Source of the DNA: Amoebophrya sp. A120
Taxonomy: Eukaryota; Protista; Dinoflagellata
Direction: 5' to 3'
Assembly: GCA_905178155.1 (NCBI GenBank)
Contig: CAJINV010000006.1
Coordinates: forward strand, 203,212-265,753
DNA length: 62,542 bases
The position numbers and the translations under genes were made by a program. Below the pieces are notes generated by a model, which saw nothing but the letters and a program-made list of their open reading frames with translations, was not told the origin of the DNA and made no database searches. Positions 23,336 through 34,361 of the stretch are shown piece by piece (positions within the stretch are counted from its first letter, which is position 1; every line of letters begins with the position of its first letter).

Positions 23336-24727
23336 CTATACCTGCGGCAACCCCCGCACCCAGCCCGTACGGAAGAAGAAATCCGGCATGTTTCTGTAGC
23401 TTCTTGGCACCCAACGTGCGTCCATTGGCGGTTCCAATAACCATTGCTCAAGGGGATGCTGGTCGCCGGCACACCTGCGCTCGCTATACGACCCTCCACA
23501 GAGGCTCTTGCTTAATTCGCGAGCGGCCTCGTCTCTTTTTCTGTCTGGGAGAAGCGCTGAGTCTCTGTTCCACCAAGCTGCTAGCATATCCCTACGGGTG
23601 CCGGTAAACTTGAAAACGCCGACAAAGTTCAGATGCAGATTGTTGAGTCCAAAAGGATCTGCCGACGGCCCATTCCCATCGCCTGTCGGGGGTGCGCTGT
23701 CTGGACGAGGACGGCGATTATCGGGGGCGCGCTGAAGACCTGCGCGCCGGGACGAGGACGACGTTTGCGAATGCGCGCCAGGACTTGCTGCCCGCGAAGA
23801 TCGACGGCTTCCAGGAAACTGCCCTCGGTCTGCCGACTCATGTTCCCCATCGGTGTCGCCCGCACCGCTCCGGGAGGGAGTACTGCTTCGAGACGAGTTC
23901 ACATCGGAGGGCGGCGGGACATCGGCATCAGAATCTATTTCGCTCAATGGCAGCTCCTGCTGCTCATCTTCGAAGCCTTCATCCTCGTCTGATGCTGCAT
24001 CGACTTCGTCTCCAACCGGGCACGAAAACCTAACCTCCACCTGCTCCGCGTCCGTTGTACCTCCATACGGCAGAGTGAGGCTCGTCCTCGGCGCAGGCAA
24101 GGGACCGCTAGGGCCCACGGCATAGCTTCCAACCACCTGCACGTCGTCCCAGTGCGTTTTGTCCGCAGACTGCGTTCGGCGTCTAGAACTTCCTGGCGCA
24201 GAGTCGATCTTCAGATCAGGACAGAACGCCTTACTCCCAGATGCGACGCCTGACATTGCTGACCCGATACTTGGTTCCGGGAATCCGGCAGTGCACTTGC
24301 GTCCTGCTTCCGGGAACAGTGATCGGGGAGGCTTCCCCAAATTTCCCACCTTGGCAAAGGCCGGCTTTGCTGCTGTCAGCATTGGTTCGGTCTCCGGTTG
24401 TTCTTTACGCAGAAGTTCCGGGATAAAGTCCCACACTGCCTCAATGCCTCGTGGTTCCTGCACGGAGTCTCCGCTGTCTCCTGATCCTCTTGCCGCGGTA
24501 AGAGAGAACGCTTCGTTCCACAGTAAAATATTGTCAAACGCGGTAGCGACTTGGGCTAGTGCTGGCGACCCAATAAAAAAACGCTTTCGACTCTCGTGCG
24601 CAACTCTGGCGAGTTGTTGCAGTAGGGCACTTGCTAGGAAAACCTTTCCTGCGGAAATCGCATTGCTGCTCTTCTTCCAAATCGAGATTGCAAATATTCC
24701 GTCGTTCTTCGCGCTACGGGCAACCAA
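23336..24727 (-). CDS. Hypothetical protein or exon, 463 aa
   Basis: Long ORF preceded by a cag acceptor near 24735; shares a GSR.SSRAASPGAHS module with the ORF at 20759 and a F.GV...AWWN.D module with the ORF at 24788. Confidence 0.6.
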   Translation of the reverse strand: MVARSAKNDGIFAISIWKKSSNAISAGKVFLASALLQQLARVAHESRKRFFIGSPALAQVATAFDNILLWNEAFSLTAARGSGDSGDSVQEPRGIEAVWDFIPELLRKEQPETEPMLTAAKPAFAKVGNLGKPPRSLFPEAGRKCTAGFPEPSIGSAMSGVASGSKAFCPDLKIDSAPGSSRRRTQSADKTHWDDVQVVGSYAVGPSGPLPAPRTSLTLPYGGTTDAEQVEVRFSCPVGDEVDAASDEDEGFEDEQQELPLSEIDSDADVPPPSDVNSSRSSTPSRSGAGDTDGEHESADRGQFPGSRRSSRAASPGAHSQTSSSSRRAGLQRAPDNRRPRPDSAPPTGDGNGPSADPFGLNNLHLNFVGVFKFTGTRRDMLAAWWNRDSALLPDRKRDEAARELSKSLCGGSYSERRCAGDQHPLEQWLLEPPMDARWVPRSYRNMPDFFFRTGWVRGLPQV

Positions 24728-24787
24728 GGCGACCTGATTTTTTCAGTTGCAATAGTAAATTCAGATATAATATATTAGTGAAGTAAG

Positions 24788-25447
24788 TCACGATGTTGCA
24801 AGGAAAGACCAGTGGACGTATTTGGAAAAATACTCGTGTTCTAAACAAGATACTTTTGCTCGGACCGGGAACAATACAATCACGATGAGTCCACCAGTTA
24901 AAAGAGTTTCTGAAACCTGTCCCGCGTCGTGCTCCTGGTGCAGTGAAGACGTATCCTCAGCCGGCTTCTCCTGGGTAAACTCCGTCAGGCCATTGACCAG
25001 GAGATAGGCGTCTTCATTTCCGAGTCGAGGTGCTGCCTTTGCGATGGCGCTGCGAATTGTCTGTTGGAGTCGCTGCCGCTTTTCTTTGGCGCCCCGGGGG
25101 TACTGGTCCTTGTTCCACCAGGCAACGGGCTCCACTTGTGCCTCGCCTGGTTTGGGCCGTATGACCACCACCCCCAGAAATGTAAGCAGAGCTTCTTGGT
25201 GCCCAAAGGTCCTCGACGCCCTCATGAAGTTAATTTGGCTATCGCGGCCCACGGAGCCAACTAGTTCGCCACCTCGCCCATTTCCCCCATTTTGTGGGTC
25301 GTTTCCGTCACGGTGGTTCCTCTTTGCACGTTTGTCACCCCCTTGATCATTGCCGCCACCACCACCACCACCGGCACCAGGGTCATCACCACCTCTTCCA
25401 CGCGGGGGCCCGGACGAACCTGTTTTGAGTGCGAAAAGTTTCATCAC
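24788..25447 (-). CDS. Hypothetical protein or exon, 219 aa, Gly-rich N-terminal part
   Basis: ORF; LTFLGVVV...VAWWNKD resembles LNFVGVFK...AAWWNRD of the neighbouring ORF. Confidence 0.5.
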   Translation of the reverse strand: MMKLFALKTGSSGPPRGRGGDDPGAGGGGGGGNDQGGDKRAKRNHRDGNDPQNGGNGRGGELVGSVGRDSQINFMRASRTFGHQEALLTFLGVVVIRPKPGEAQVEPVAWWNKDQYPRGAKEKRQRLQQTIRSAIAKAAPRLGNEDAYLLVNGLTEFTQEKPAEDTSSLHQEHDAGQVSETLLTGGLIVIVLFPVRAKVSCLEHEYFSKYVHWSFLATS

Positions 25448-25463
25448 TATTCCCTTTTATACT

Positions 25464-26072
25464 TCATCTTTTGTGCCAAAGAATATTGGTAAATGAGTTT
25501 TTGTACATACTAGTAGTCAAACTAAAACTATCACGAAGTGTACTTTTACTAGATTTTGGATTCAAAATAATGGTTATTTTGCGGATGCTGAAGTTCAGCA
25601 GCTGAACAGAAACAGATATCTTCAAACCTGGCATGCGAGGGGGGTTTGACAGCCCGACACGCAAGGCAAGGTAGCCTTCGGCCTGCACCTGGGACCGCTG
25701 GGCGGGACGACGTGACGAAGATTGGCGTGCGCCAAGGTGCATTCCCTCGATGCCATTTATCAATGCAACCACACCGTTGCGCACATCCATCATCTCGTTG
25801 AGGGCTTTGGGAGAAAAATTCGCAATTTTTGGGTTGGAAAAGGACCAGTCGTCGCTTTGATTACTCAGCGTCGGCGCTGCCAAGGTGCCGGCCTTTGTTT
25901 GCTTCGTCGTGTGACGCTCAAAACGTGCTGTCGAAAGGAGACCGGCAGGCATCCGGAGTCCCTTATTGTTCTTTCGGAGGTTGTGCTCCTCGTAGGCACG
26001 CATTGCAGCACTAATCGGCCAGTACATATCCTTCAGCTTCCTGTTCAGGAAAACCGGAAAAGTAGGAGCCAC
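25464..26072 (-). CDS. Possible exon of a hypothetical protein
   Basis: 202-aa ORF, co-oriented with neighbours; no motif recognised. Confidence 0.3.
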   Translation of the reverse strand: MAPTFPVFLNRKLKDMYWPISAAMRAYEEHNLRKNNKGLRMPAGLLSTARFERHTTKQTKAGTLAAPTLSNQSDDWSFSNPKIANFSPKALNEMMDVRNGVVALINGIEGMHLGARQSSSRRPAQRSQVQAEGYLALRVGLSNPPRMPGLKISVSVQLLNFSIRKITIILNPKSSKSTLRDSFSLTTSMYKNSFTNILWHKR

Positions 26073-26888
26073 GACGAAGAACCCCGGTTCTTATATGAAA
26101 GCAAAGCTTAGTGCTGTCCTCGACTTCGCAACACCTCTATTAGAGGTGTTAAAGTTAATCTTTCGTAGAAGTGCAGAGCCCCTACTCCTACCAGCCAAGA
26201 AAAAACCTTCCGCAGTAATATCACACATACTGGTCTTAAGGAGCACCAACACGACTAGCAGATTTATGTGAACGAGCAGCTACAGGAGCTGTGCTTTCAG
26301 CATAATCAACATGCATATTTTCCTTCGCATGAAGTGCAGCAGAGCAATGAAGCCGAAACGGTCCAGTGCATCAAAAGTAAACCGTTTGTGCGCATTGCGG
26401 CTCTGTGTCTGCGACTACAAATCCCCGAAGAGTAAAAGGAAGTCCGAGAAGGCACGCTCTTCCGGTTCATATCGCCACTGCCTGGCACAGTGACGCCGAG
26501 CTGCACAAACTCGACTCCGGGGCCCACATCGATACCTGTGAGGTTTACAATTGTTGCAACTGGTAAATAAAATCATCCAAACGGCGCGCGACCCAGAATG
26601 CGCTAATGCAATAGAGAAAGTCCAGTGTTCAAATGCAATGCAGAATCGTAATCGTCCGCGGAAGAAAAAGCGCTCAGTGCTTTGACAGCATGGCAAAGAG
26701 CGCATTCATCTCCTAGGATAGTTGAATATCGTGGCGCTGGTGATTACTATGCATGTGGTATCGAAGGAAACGGATACGTGAAAGTCGGCCAACATGCGGC
26801 ATGACCTGACGCTTCCGAGATTCGGTACTAAGCCTTCTCTTCATCCTCGCAAACGCACGCTAGAAAAGTGCACGCACATCAACAGAGT

Positions 26889-27999
26889 TCACACATAAAA
26901 TGTACTCTGCCCCCGCTCGTCGGTCGGTCGTTTCGCGCAATGGTGCAGAGCTTCCCCAAAGCGTGTGGTCAACGATTCGTCGTTGTTAGCTAGGAGCATT
27001 GACTCCGCGCGCCGTCTTTGTAAAACAACTGCAGGTTCATTGGGGTCGCTGTCGTCGCTTCTGGCAATATACATCACATACAATGATCGGCAGTAACGCT
27101 CCTTCTTTCTCCTCGCATTCAGAGCATCGTCACTGCCCCCCGCAGCTATTTCCGGAAAATACAGTCTCTTCCACTCTGCATGGGTTCTGGGGTTGGCGGC
27201 GTAAAGGTCTTGTCCTGTGGTTTTCGTACACGTTGTGTGGCTGAGGAGGCATTCACCCAACAAATCAGACAACTGGCACAGAGGGGACGAAAGTACGGGT
27301 CATAGAGAAACTCAAATTTGACGAAAGTAAAAAGCAGCTTCATCACTAAAATAATGATATACTCATGCAGTAGGGTAGCAAAAGAAGTTGTTGCGCTTCA
27401 ATCAAAATCCGATCGTCGATTTTGAATATCATGCTGTGACATTCCACTAATGCACGTCTCCATGATTCACGCCCGAATCCGTCACTGAGAGGAAGTACAA
27501 TTTCTTTGATGACCGCTGCTGGGTCCACATCAAGGCCGTTTTCCCACTGGACGAAGCGCAAACTGCGTTGGCGAGAGGCCCGAATGATCCCGAGCTCCCG
27601 GCCCAAAACCTGATGCAGGTCTGCCAGAATTTGGTCGGCTGCATCGGGAGCAAGTCCTAACCCACTCCGCTGATCGATGAGGAAATCCTCTCTGATCTCC
27701 GAGAAGGCGGACACATACTTCTGACAGTCTTCGCACCCGAAGTGTGAGTTTTTTATCCCCAAGGACTTCCATGAGCGTCCAGCTGCTGTTTCGCCAGCTT
27801 CACCAGTTGCCCGGAAGCCGGAAGAAGACGAAGCGCTCGCCGCGGCCGACGCAAAGCTCGATAATAGGTGATATAGCTGGCAAAACAAAACCAGCAACGA
27901 ACCCACCTGCGCCTGTCGAGAAGGCAATCCCCTCGGTCGTATACAAGCTCTTTCAAGCGACACCATGGTCACACGGAATGAAAGTAGAAGCAATTCCAA
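26889..27999 (-). CDS. Hypothetical, possibly secreted protein (two probable exons, 27346-27999 and 26889-27272)
   Basis: ORFs of 217 and 127 aa; hydrophobic LLVLFCQLYHLLSSFASAAA near the N-terminus. Confidence 0.4.
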
Positions 28000-29446
28000 T
28001 GAAGTCAGTCAACTGTTATTCGTGACGATACTGAACTTTGGACCGATACTGGTTTAAACAACACTACTACTCGTCTACAAAGCACTTATGCCACAAACTA
28101 GAAAGTTGAAGATGAAGAAGCACCTCTGCCACAAGGCACCTACTAGAAAGAAGATGAAGAAGGATTATACTGAAATAATTTTCATACGTGAAATTGCGAT
28201 TAGACGAGATTAATAGGACCAGCTGTGACAGAGAGAGGTAGAATAAACGCAATTTTGCGATGACGGGACTGGCTGCACATTACCGATTGAAGTTTCCTGG
28301 AATGCCAATTTGCTGCAGCAAGCTCTTAATTTTGATCGGGTGCAGCAAGCTATTTTTTCGGTCGGGAATGTTCATAGCAATATCTATCTGATCAACCTCT
28401 ACCATGCGGACAATTTGCCTGCCTACCAAATTTGCAGACACTCAGACAGATTAGAACCATGATCCCGAGAATTGCTATTTGATTCATGATCAGCATGATT
28501 TTATTTTTTGAACGATGACCCTTGGTGATTCGGGTTCTTGCGGATCAGCTTTCTCAATCCGATTGTCAATTTTCCGAACTAATGCATTTGTATCATGACC
28601 ATTCCAAGCATTTGAACGCTATCTATTCGCTCTTGATCTTGCTTGTGGGTCTATTCAGAGTGCTCACGAGCTCTCGGCGTAAACTTTAAACGATGCGGGA
28701 ATGAAAGCAAGCAAAGCGAACCCTATGGCCTCGTCGAGGGCGTGCGCGTGAACTAAAATTCTTTGCGCTCATATTCATGTTCCTGAGAAAGTAGAACTCC
28801 GCGTTTGAACTTATCTAAAAAACAGGAATCGCAACACGCATACTTACACGCAGGAGCCGCATTTTACAGGAGTCGCGGTTGTTATATTCAGTCACATTGT
28901 ACATCCATAATCTGCATGGTAGGACCCCAATTAAATTTCTGTCCCCCAAGCGCATTTCTGTGCTTTATGCCTGACGTTCGATTTCGTTACGCCGGCTAAT
29001 CTTGAAAGAATAGGTTTTTTTCACGACTAAACATAAGCAAGTACACGGCCAACAAAAGCAGCAGCCTTCCTTCCGTCGCCGCTGTTCAAACTCCAGCCGA
29101 AACTGGATGATGCGCAGATAAAGAGCGCGCGACTACATTCCTCTTTTTCGCATATGAATATCAATATTCTATGGCACATATGAAAATATTGCAACATTCA
29201 TAGGCGTTAAATATCATAAAAGTATAAAAATAATCATACAACAAAGTCAGTGCGTAAAGCTGCTGCATCACATATAAATACATAGATAATAATTCGTTGG
29301 TGTTTCGTAAAACGAACTGGAGGAGATTTTCTACATTTCCTGAAGGCTGTGGCCATTGGTGCGAAGTAGTTGCACTCCCATTTCTCCACCTGCTTTGCTG
29401 TCAAATTAGAATAGCGTCAAACGAAAACACGAGCCCACATTCCACA

Positions 29447-31620
29447 TCAGCTTTGCCCCTGAGACCCGTTTCCGTTGTCGATTTTGGAAGGATAAAAGAC
29501 CAAAAATTTTCTCGGATTGTCAGAGAGCCTTTTCGGCACAAGTGGTGCGCGTTTATCGAGAAGCTTTTCGTATGATCCACGATCTCGCAGGCGCTGTGCA
29601 TGGAAGCTTCGCCAGTCCCACTGAAGTTGATTGTACGACCAACCGAGACCTACACCATCGGAACCACTCCGCCACTTCTTCGCAAATTTCCGAAAAATCT
29701 TGCGGAAAAATGGGTACCAACTTTCGTCTAGCGGTTCCCTTCTAACTGGCGTTGCCCGGAGACGTGGGTCGACAGCATTTATCAAATCTGGGTTCAGGCA
29801 GTAACCTGTATTATTTATGGATATGTTGGTCTTAGGTTTAGTTTCAGACACAAAAATTCTTTGAACAAGAATAGGACGGGTTGCGCCATCGGTCGCCAGG
29901 TGCTAAAGCCGCAACGATTCAGAACCAAAACGAAGCCAGGCATAGTCGAAGCTGAGGAGCAAAGATAAGCTTTAATGGAAGGGCCGGCCACACACGATAG
30001 CTAGGTTCACACTGAAATAAGTGCGCGGCACGCTGGTGTAGCATACGCATATCAATATCAACGTACGTCCAATAGCGCTGTAACGGTCACATTCACAACT
30101 CTCAACGAGGACACACATATTTTATCACCTTACCGTGCTTCACCGGAAATGGCAGCGTGTTGTAAACAAGATCATAGTTCTGAAACAGAAACTCCGTTGC
30201 CATAGCCACGCGGCACCTTCGATCCAAAATCAAGCGATTTGGATTCCGCGCCATGTTCACTTTCCTCGCGAAGTCAGACGGAGAAACAGGGAGGCCTTCC
30301 GACGCCTTCCAGCTCTTCCTGTAAAAAGCGTGCGCGACCGGTGGGTTCCAAACTACCACATGTCGCACCGAAACAGCTGCAGTCTGAGTTTTTTTGTTTC
30401 TATCCACCGTTGCACTTCGGGTCGCAGATGATTCTTCGTGGAAAAAATCCAGAACCTCGCGAAAAAATGCCTTGTCGCTTTTGTGGCACCCTTTTCGAAG
30501 CTTGTCCGAGTCGTAGGTCGGCAAGATGGAAAGGCCCACACTGCCTGCAGCTTCGTACAACGTAGCCGGATTGCACGTCTCCCTGACCATGGTCATCAGA
30601 AATCTTACCTGAAACAGAAGGTTAGAGTTGAAATTTTACAGATGCATAGATAGTATCTATTCAAAGGGCAAGCGCTAGTAACGCACAGGCAGTGGCAGCC
30701 AGTGAAGTGAGTCTGAGTGCATTGCCGACACGATCGCACCACCTTCGCCTTGCATTGAGAATAATCGTGTGCAAGTGGCAACGGCAGGCGAGCAAAAAAA
30801 AACGGAGTTGAAGGGAAACATATATTAATGTGCTGGCTCTACAAAAAGGCAGTACGCTCCAATCCGTAGCGGCCGCAGAAGTTCGTTTGCCACCCTGTGC
30901 TCGAGATACTTCAACTTCAGATTGGTATTTCTGTAAATAATCTCTGCCCAAATCCACTGTTGCGTTCCAGTAATCACGAGGCATTTTTGTGCCCAACCGC
31001 TCGCGCAAAACCTCTATGTAGAGGTCTTCACAGCTCTCCGTTCGGTCTTCCAATGCTCTACCCAGAGTCTGCTGTGCGCGGGCGGCTGCAGCAAGTTGTG
31101 CACCCGTTGCGTCTGCTTCCGAATTCGGCTTGGCAGTTCCCAACAATGCGGCTGCGTCCGCGGCGGATAAGAAGCTCAAGATGCCGCTCTGCTCATTCAA
31201 AAAACTCGTCGGTCCAGAAAGAAGCAGCCCCGGCTCTACACTTTTGATGTCCTTCAAAAGATCCCGCCGCACTTCCGGTACGGCAACGGGCTGCTTCGTC
31301 CTAACGGGCCTGTCCTCCGCTTGCAAGGCCTCCAACTGCGTTCCGGTATGATTTTGTTTTTGTTTCGGTGATGAATCGGTTCTGTCCAGCTTTATCTTTA
31401 TCCCCGCCTGGCTCCCTGCATTAGCAGTAGGGCCCGCCTGTGCAGTAGCCGCAGCGGCGCAGGTCGTGCCAGCGAGGAACATACTTGCCCCAACAACAAC
31501 ATGGCGCAGCAGCCAGATGCAAAAACCGAAATTGCTTCTCCACCGTAGCATAGTGTGCACTGGTACAATTCGGTCCGTTTGCGTTTCGTCCCCGCGCTTA
31601 TGCGTGCTCAACATCCACAC
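29447..31620 (-). CDS. Multi-exon gene with signal/TM-like N-terminus and an unrecognised Trp/Cys-rich domain (copy 1)
   Basis: ORFs 30661-31620, 30102-30596 and 29447-29851 each match, in the same order, segments at 32.7-34.6 kb; the last two also match 45.1-46.3 kb. Exon borders not fixed. Confidence 0.65.
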
Positions 31621-32723
31621 ACCGATTTATTCTCGGTTCTCCCGTAAGGTGATTATACATACCCGGGCATTTTTTATCTCATAGCACCATTTTCCTCTAT
31701 CTCAAAACTGTGATTATGTGGGGGATGGCTAAAGTGAGACTGGGCATCAAAATTTATACAATACATCTAAGTGGGTCTATTTTTGGTAGGAAAACTCGTC
31801 GAAGAGAAAAGGAAATTCAAATTTGGTCCTACATACAGTATTAGGGCTTCGCAATTGTACAGTGCCTCAGATTCTTGTGTACAGGAAAAAGCAGAAGATT
31901 CTTATTTCTGTTTATTTGTACTTGTAGCTCTGGTCGCGTAATAAAATTCCGTGAGTGCGAACGTTTTCACTTCAAAGCAAAGCTCCCAGGTGATTGGCAT
32001 TAACTACTTTCCAGTGATTTTATTTTAGGCACAACAGGATTTCCAAACGTGCTCCTTGAAGAACCCTCCTCGACTTTTCTTTATGGTTCTTCCAACCTTT
32101 GTGTGTCATACTCGGTTCAAAAAATAGCATCATCCTCAAGGAACATTTTCCGAACATGCAACAGTGAGTACTATGTATTCTAATTTTTGGATCATGATTG
32201 GCCGCCACGAAGTAGCAACGCTCGACAGATCTTCATCGTAATCGCTGAGTCGAGACAGTCGAAGCAAAAGCTCGAAGACCACAGTATACAAGAAGGGCAG
32301 CCGGCTACAGGAGTGTGATTTATATCTTTCGTGAGCAAATATTGACCGGCATCAAGCAAATTTCTATCGTCGCGCGCCGTTCTTTTCTTGTTTCCTCGCA
32401 TTTTTGTGCAACTCAGGGGGTGGAGATTCGCATTCGAAACAGAGGGGGTAGTAAAACCGGTGTTGGTTTGGCGCCGTGGGCAGAAAATGAAATAATAAGA
32501 AAGCGGGATATGTGTCAGGACCCAGCTGTCAATGCTTCCTCCGTGTAGCAAGTGAAGCGCTTCCTTCTAGGGAATAATTAGTGGCTGGAGAACGGTCGAA
32601 AACTTGTCTTGGATAGCTTTATCCGTTCTCGGATTAAAGGACAGAATGCAGGAAAAATTACCAAACTTGCACCACTCGCTTCCCTGTGATTTTCACAAAT
32701 CTGCTAGCACTTTTTTTTCAGGA

Positions 32724-34204
32724 TCACTTAACCAAATAATTGTCAAGTAAATAAGATGCTCGAACAAGCAACACTCGAAGGACAAAAAGGAACGAACATG
32801 GCAGGCAAGCGAATTTTCGGAAATCCACGAGGAGAGCGAGGGGTGCATTTTTGCCATTTTTTTCTTTCCTAACGTCTCTTCCGTATGACAACTCGAAGCC
32901 CGGAAAGCTTCCCAGAGAAGAAAAGCGCAGCGAGTTGCATGACCGATCAAACGGCACCGTCGCGCATGCGCCTTTGTAGCAGGTCAAAACCCAAGTCCAG
33001 CGAAAGTGCTGATAAGACCATTCCGCGCCAACGCCGGTTGAGTTGCGTCGCCAAAACTCTGCACGATCCCAAAAATCTTTTTGGAAATAATAATGCCAAT
33101 GTTGGTGTATCACGGATGGTCGCGGTTTGCCGCCATGCTTCCACACCGGAAACCTCCTGTCACACATTACAACCTCCGGCCAGTTCTGGGCCGGCAGTTC
33201 GGCGGGGGTGGGATGAGAGTTCAGGCAATAACCTGTAAGTACGTGGAGATGGGTGGTTAGGAATTTTGAGGCTAGATCTACAAGATTTCATCGTGAATTA
33301 TTTATTACCAAGTCGTGTGAATCTGCTTTATTCACCGAAGGGAAAGTTGTGTGCTGTCATGTACTTCGCTGGGACTGTGTCTGCGGCCCTCCAAAGCAAA
33401 AAGAGGACAAGGAGCGACAAGGCTATACCTATCGGGAGCGACAAGGCTATACCCTATCTATTGTATAGCATTAGCTGTAGCAGGACTAGTACCATATGGA
33501 ACGGGAAAGGACTCAGATTCGAATTCTTGTATGCCTCGAGCGGCTTGAAATAAATACTCCGTCACCATCCCGATGCGGCACCGCTCTTCCCTGATGAGAT
33601 GTTTCTGCGTCGCTTCGTTCAGAAGATCTGGATCCGTGTCTGCACCGTTTCCGACGATGTAGTAATTTGGTGTACCGTTGCTGTCGGTCAACGTGGTGCT
33701 CGATGAGACGCCCATGGGATCATCCCAGACCACGACGTGCTTGCCTTGAGCGGCGCCTAGTCCGTCCGTGCCGGTTGCAGGTTGTAACCTCTCGTGAAAC
33801 CCTTATGCAACCCAATTTGTAGTGCTGCTTTTTGTTCTGCGCTCCCAAATGGGCATGGCGTGCCTCTACAGCACATAACGGATGCTGCTCAAGCTACACA
33901 ACAAATTCGAATAGAACACACATGCAAAAAGGATAAGCGCTGCAAATCTTTGCGGGTTGCAGCTTCTAAAAGGCGAAAAAATTGGATTGCGTTAACATAA
34001 AAAATCCCACACGTCCCTGAAAAACTGTTTGTCTTCCGACACGCAGCCAGACCGTAGACGCGCCGCACCGTAAAGATCCGCTTCCTCTACGGGCCAGCCG
34101 CGCTGTCTGAGACGAATATACTCCGGATGAAATGCCCACTGTATGTTCACTTTGCAGAATGGCATCATAGCCATTATTGTGCTTACCTGATTTGATGTTA
34201 CCAA
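32724..34204 (-). CDS. Downstream exons of the Trp/Cys-rich domain (copy 2), probably the 3' end of the kinase gene
   Basis: LRSGCVSEDKQFFRDVWDF, HVVVWDDP, RCRIGMVTEYLFQ, FWRRNSTGVGAEWSYQHFRWTW parallel copy 1. Confidence 0.6.
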
Positions 34205-34361
34205 AGGTTCGACTTGTATCTAGAGCTCTTTTCTGTCTGGCTGAGAATTCCGGTTTCAGGAGTCCCGCACCCTGCGCAATTGAATCAATGAATCAGTACA
34301 GCGACTGGAATTCGAATTCTCTGCCACTAAGTAGTTGGCTTCTCGTCTCTTCGCCGTGTCT

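Noticed and set aside
33411-33458. 24-bp tandem duplication (ggagcgacaaggctatacc) as a regulatory repeat
   Set aside because: Only two copies; an ordinary local slippage event.
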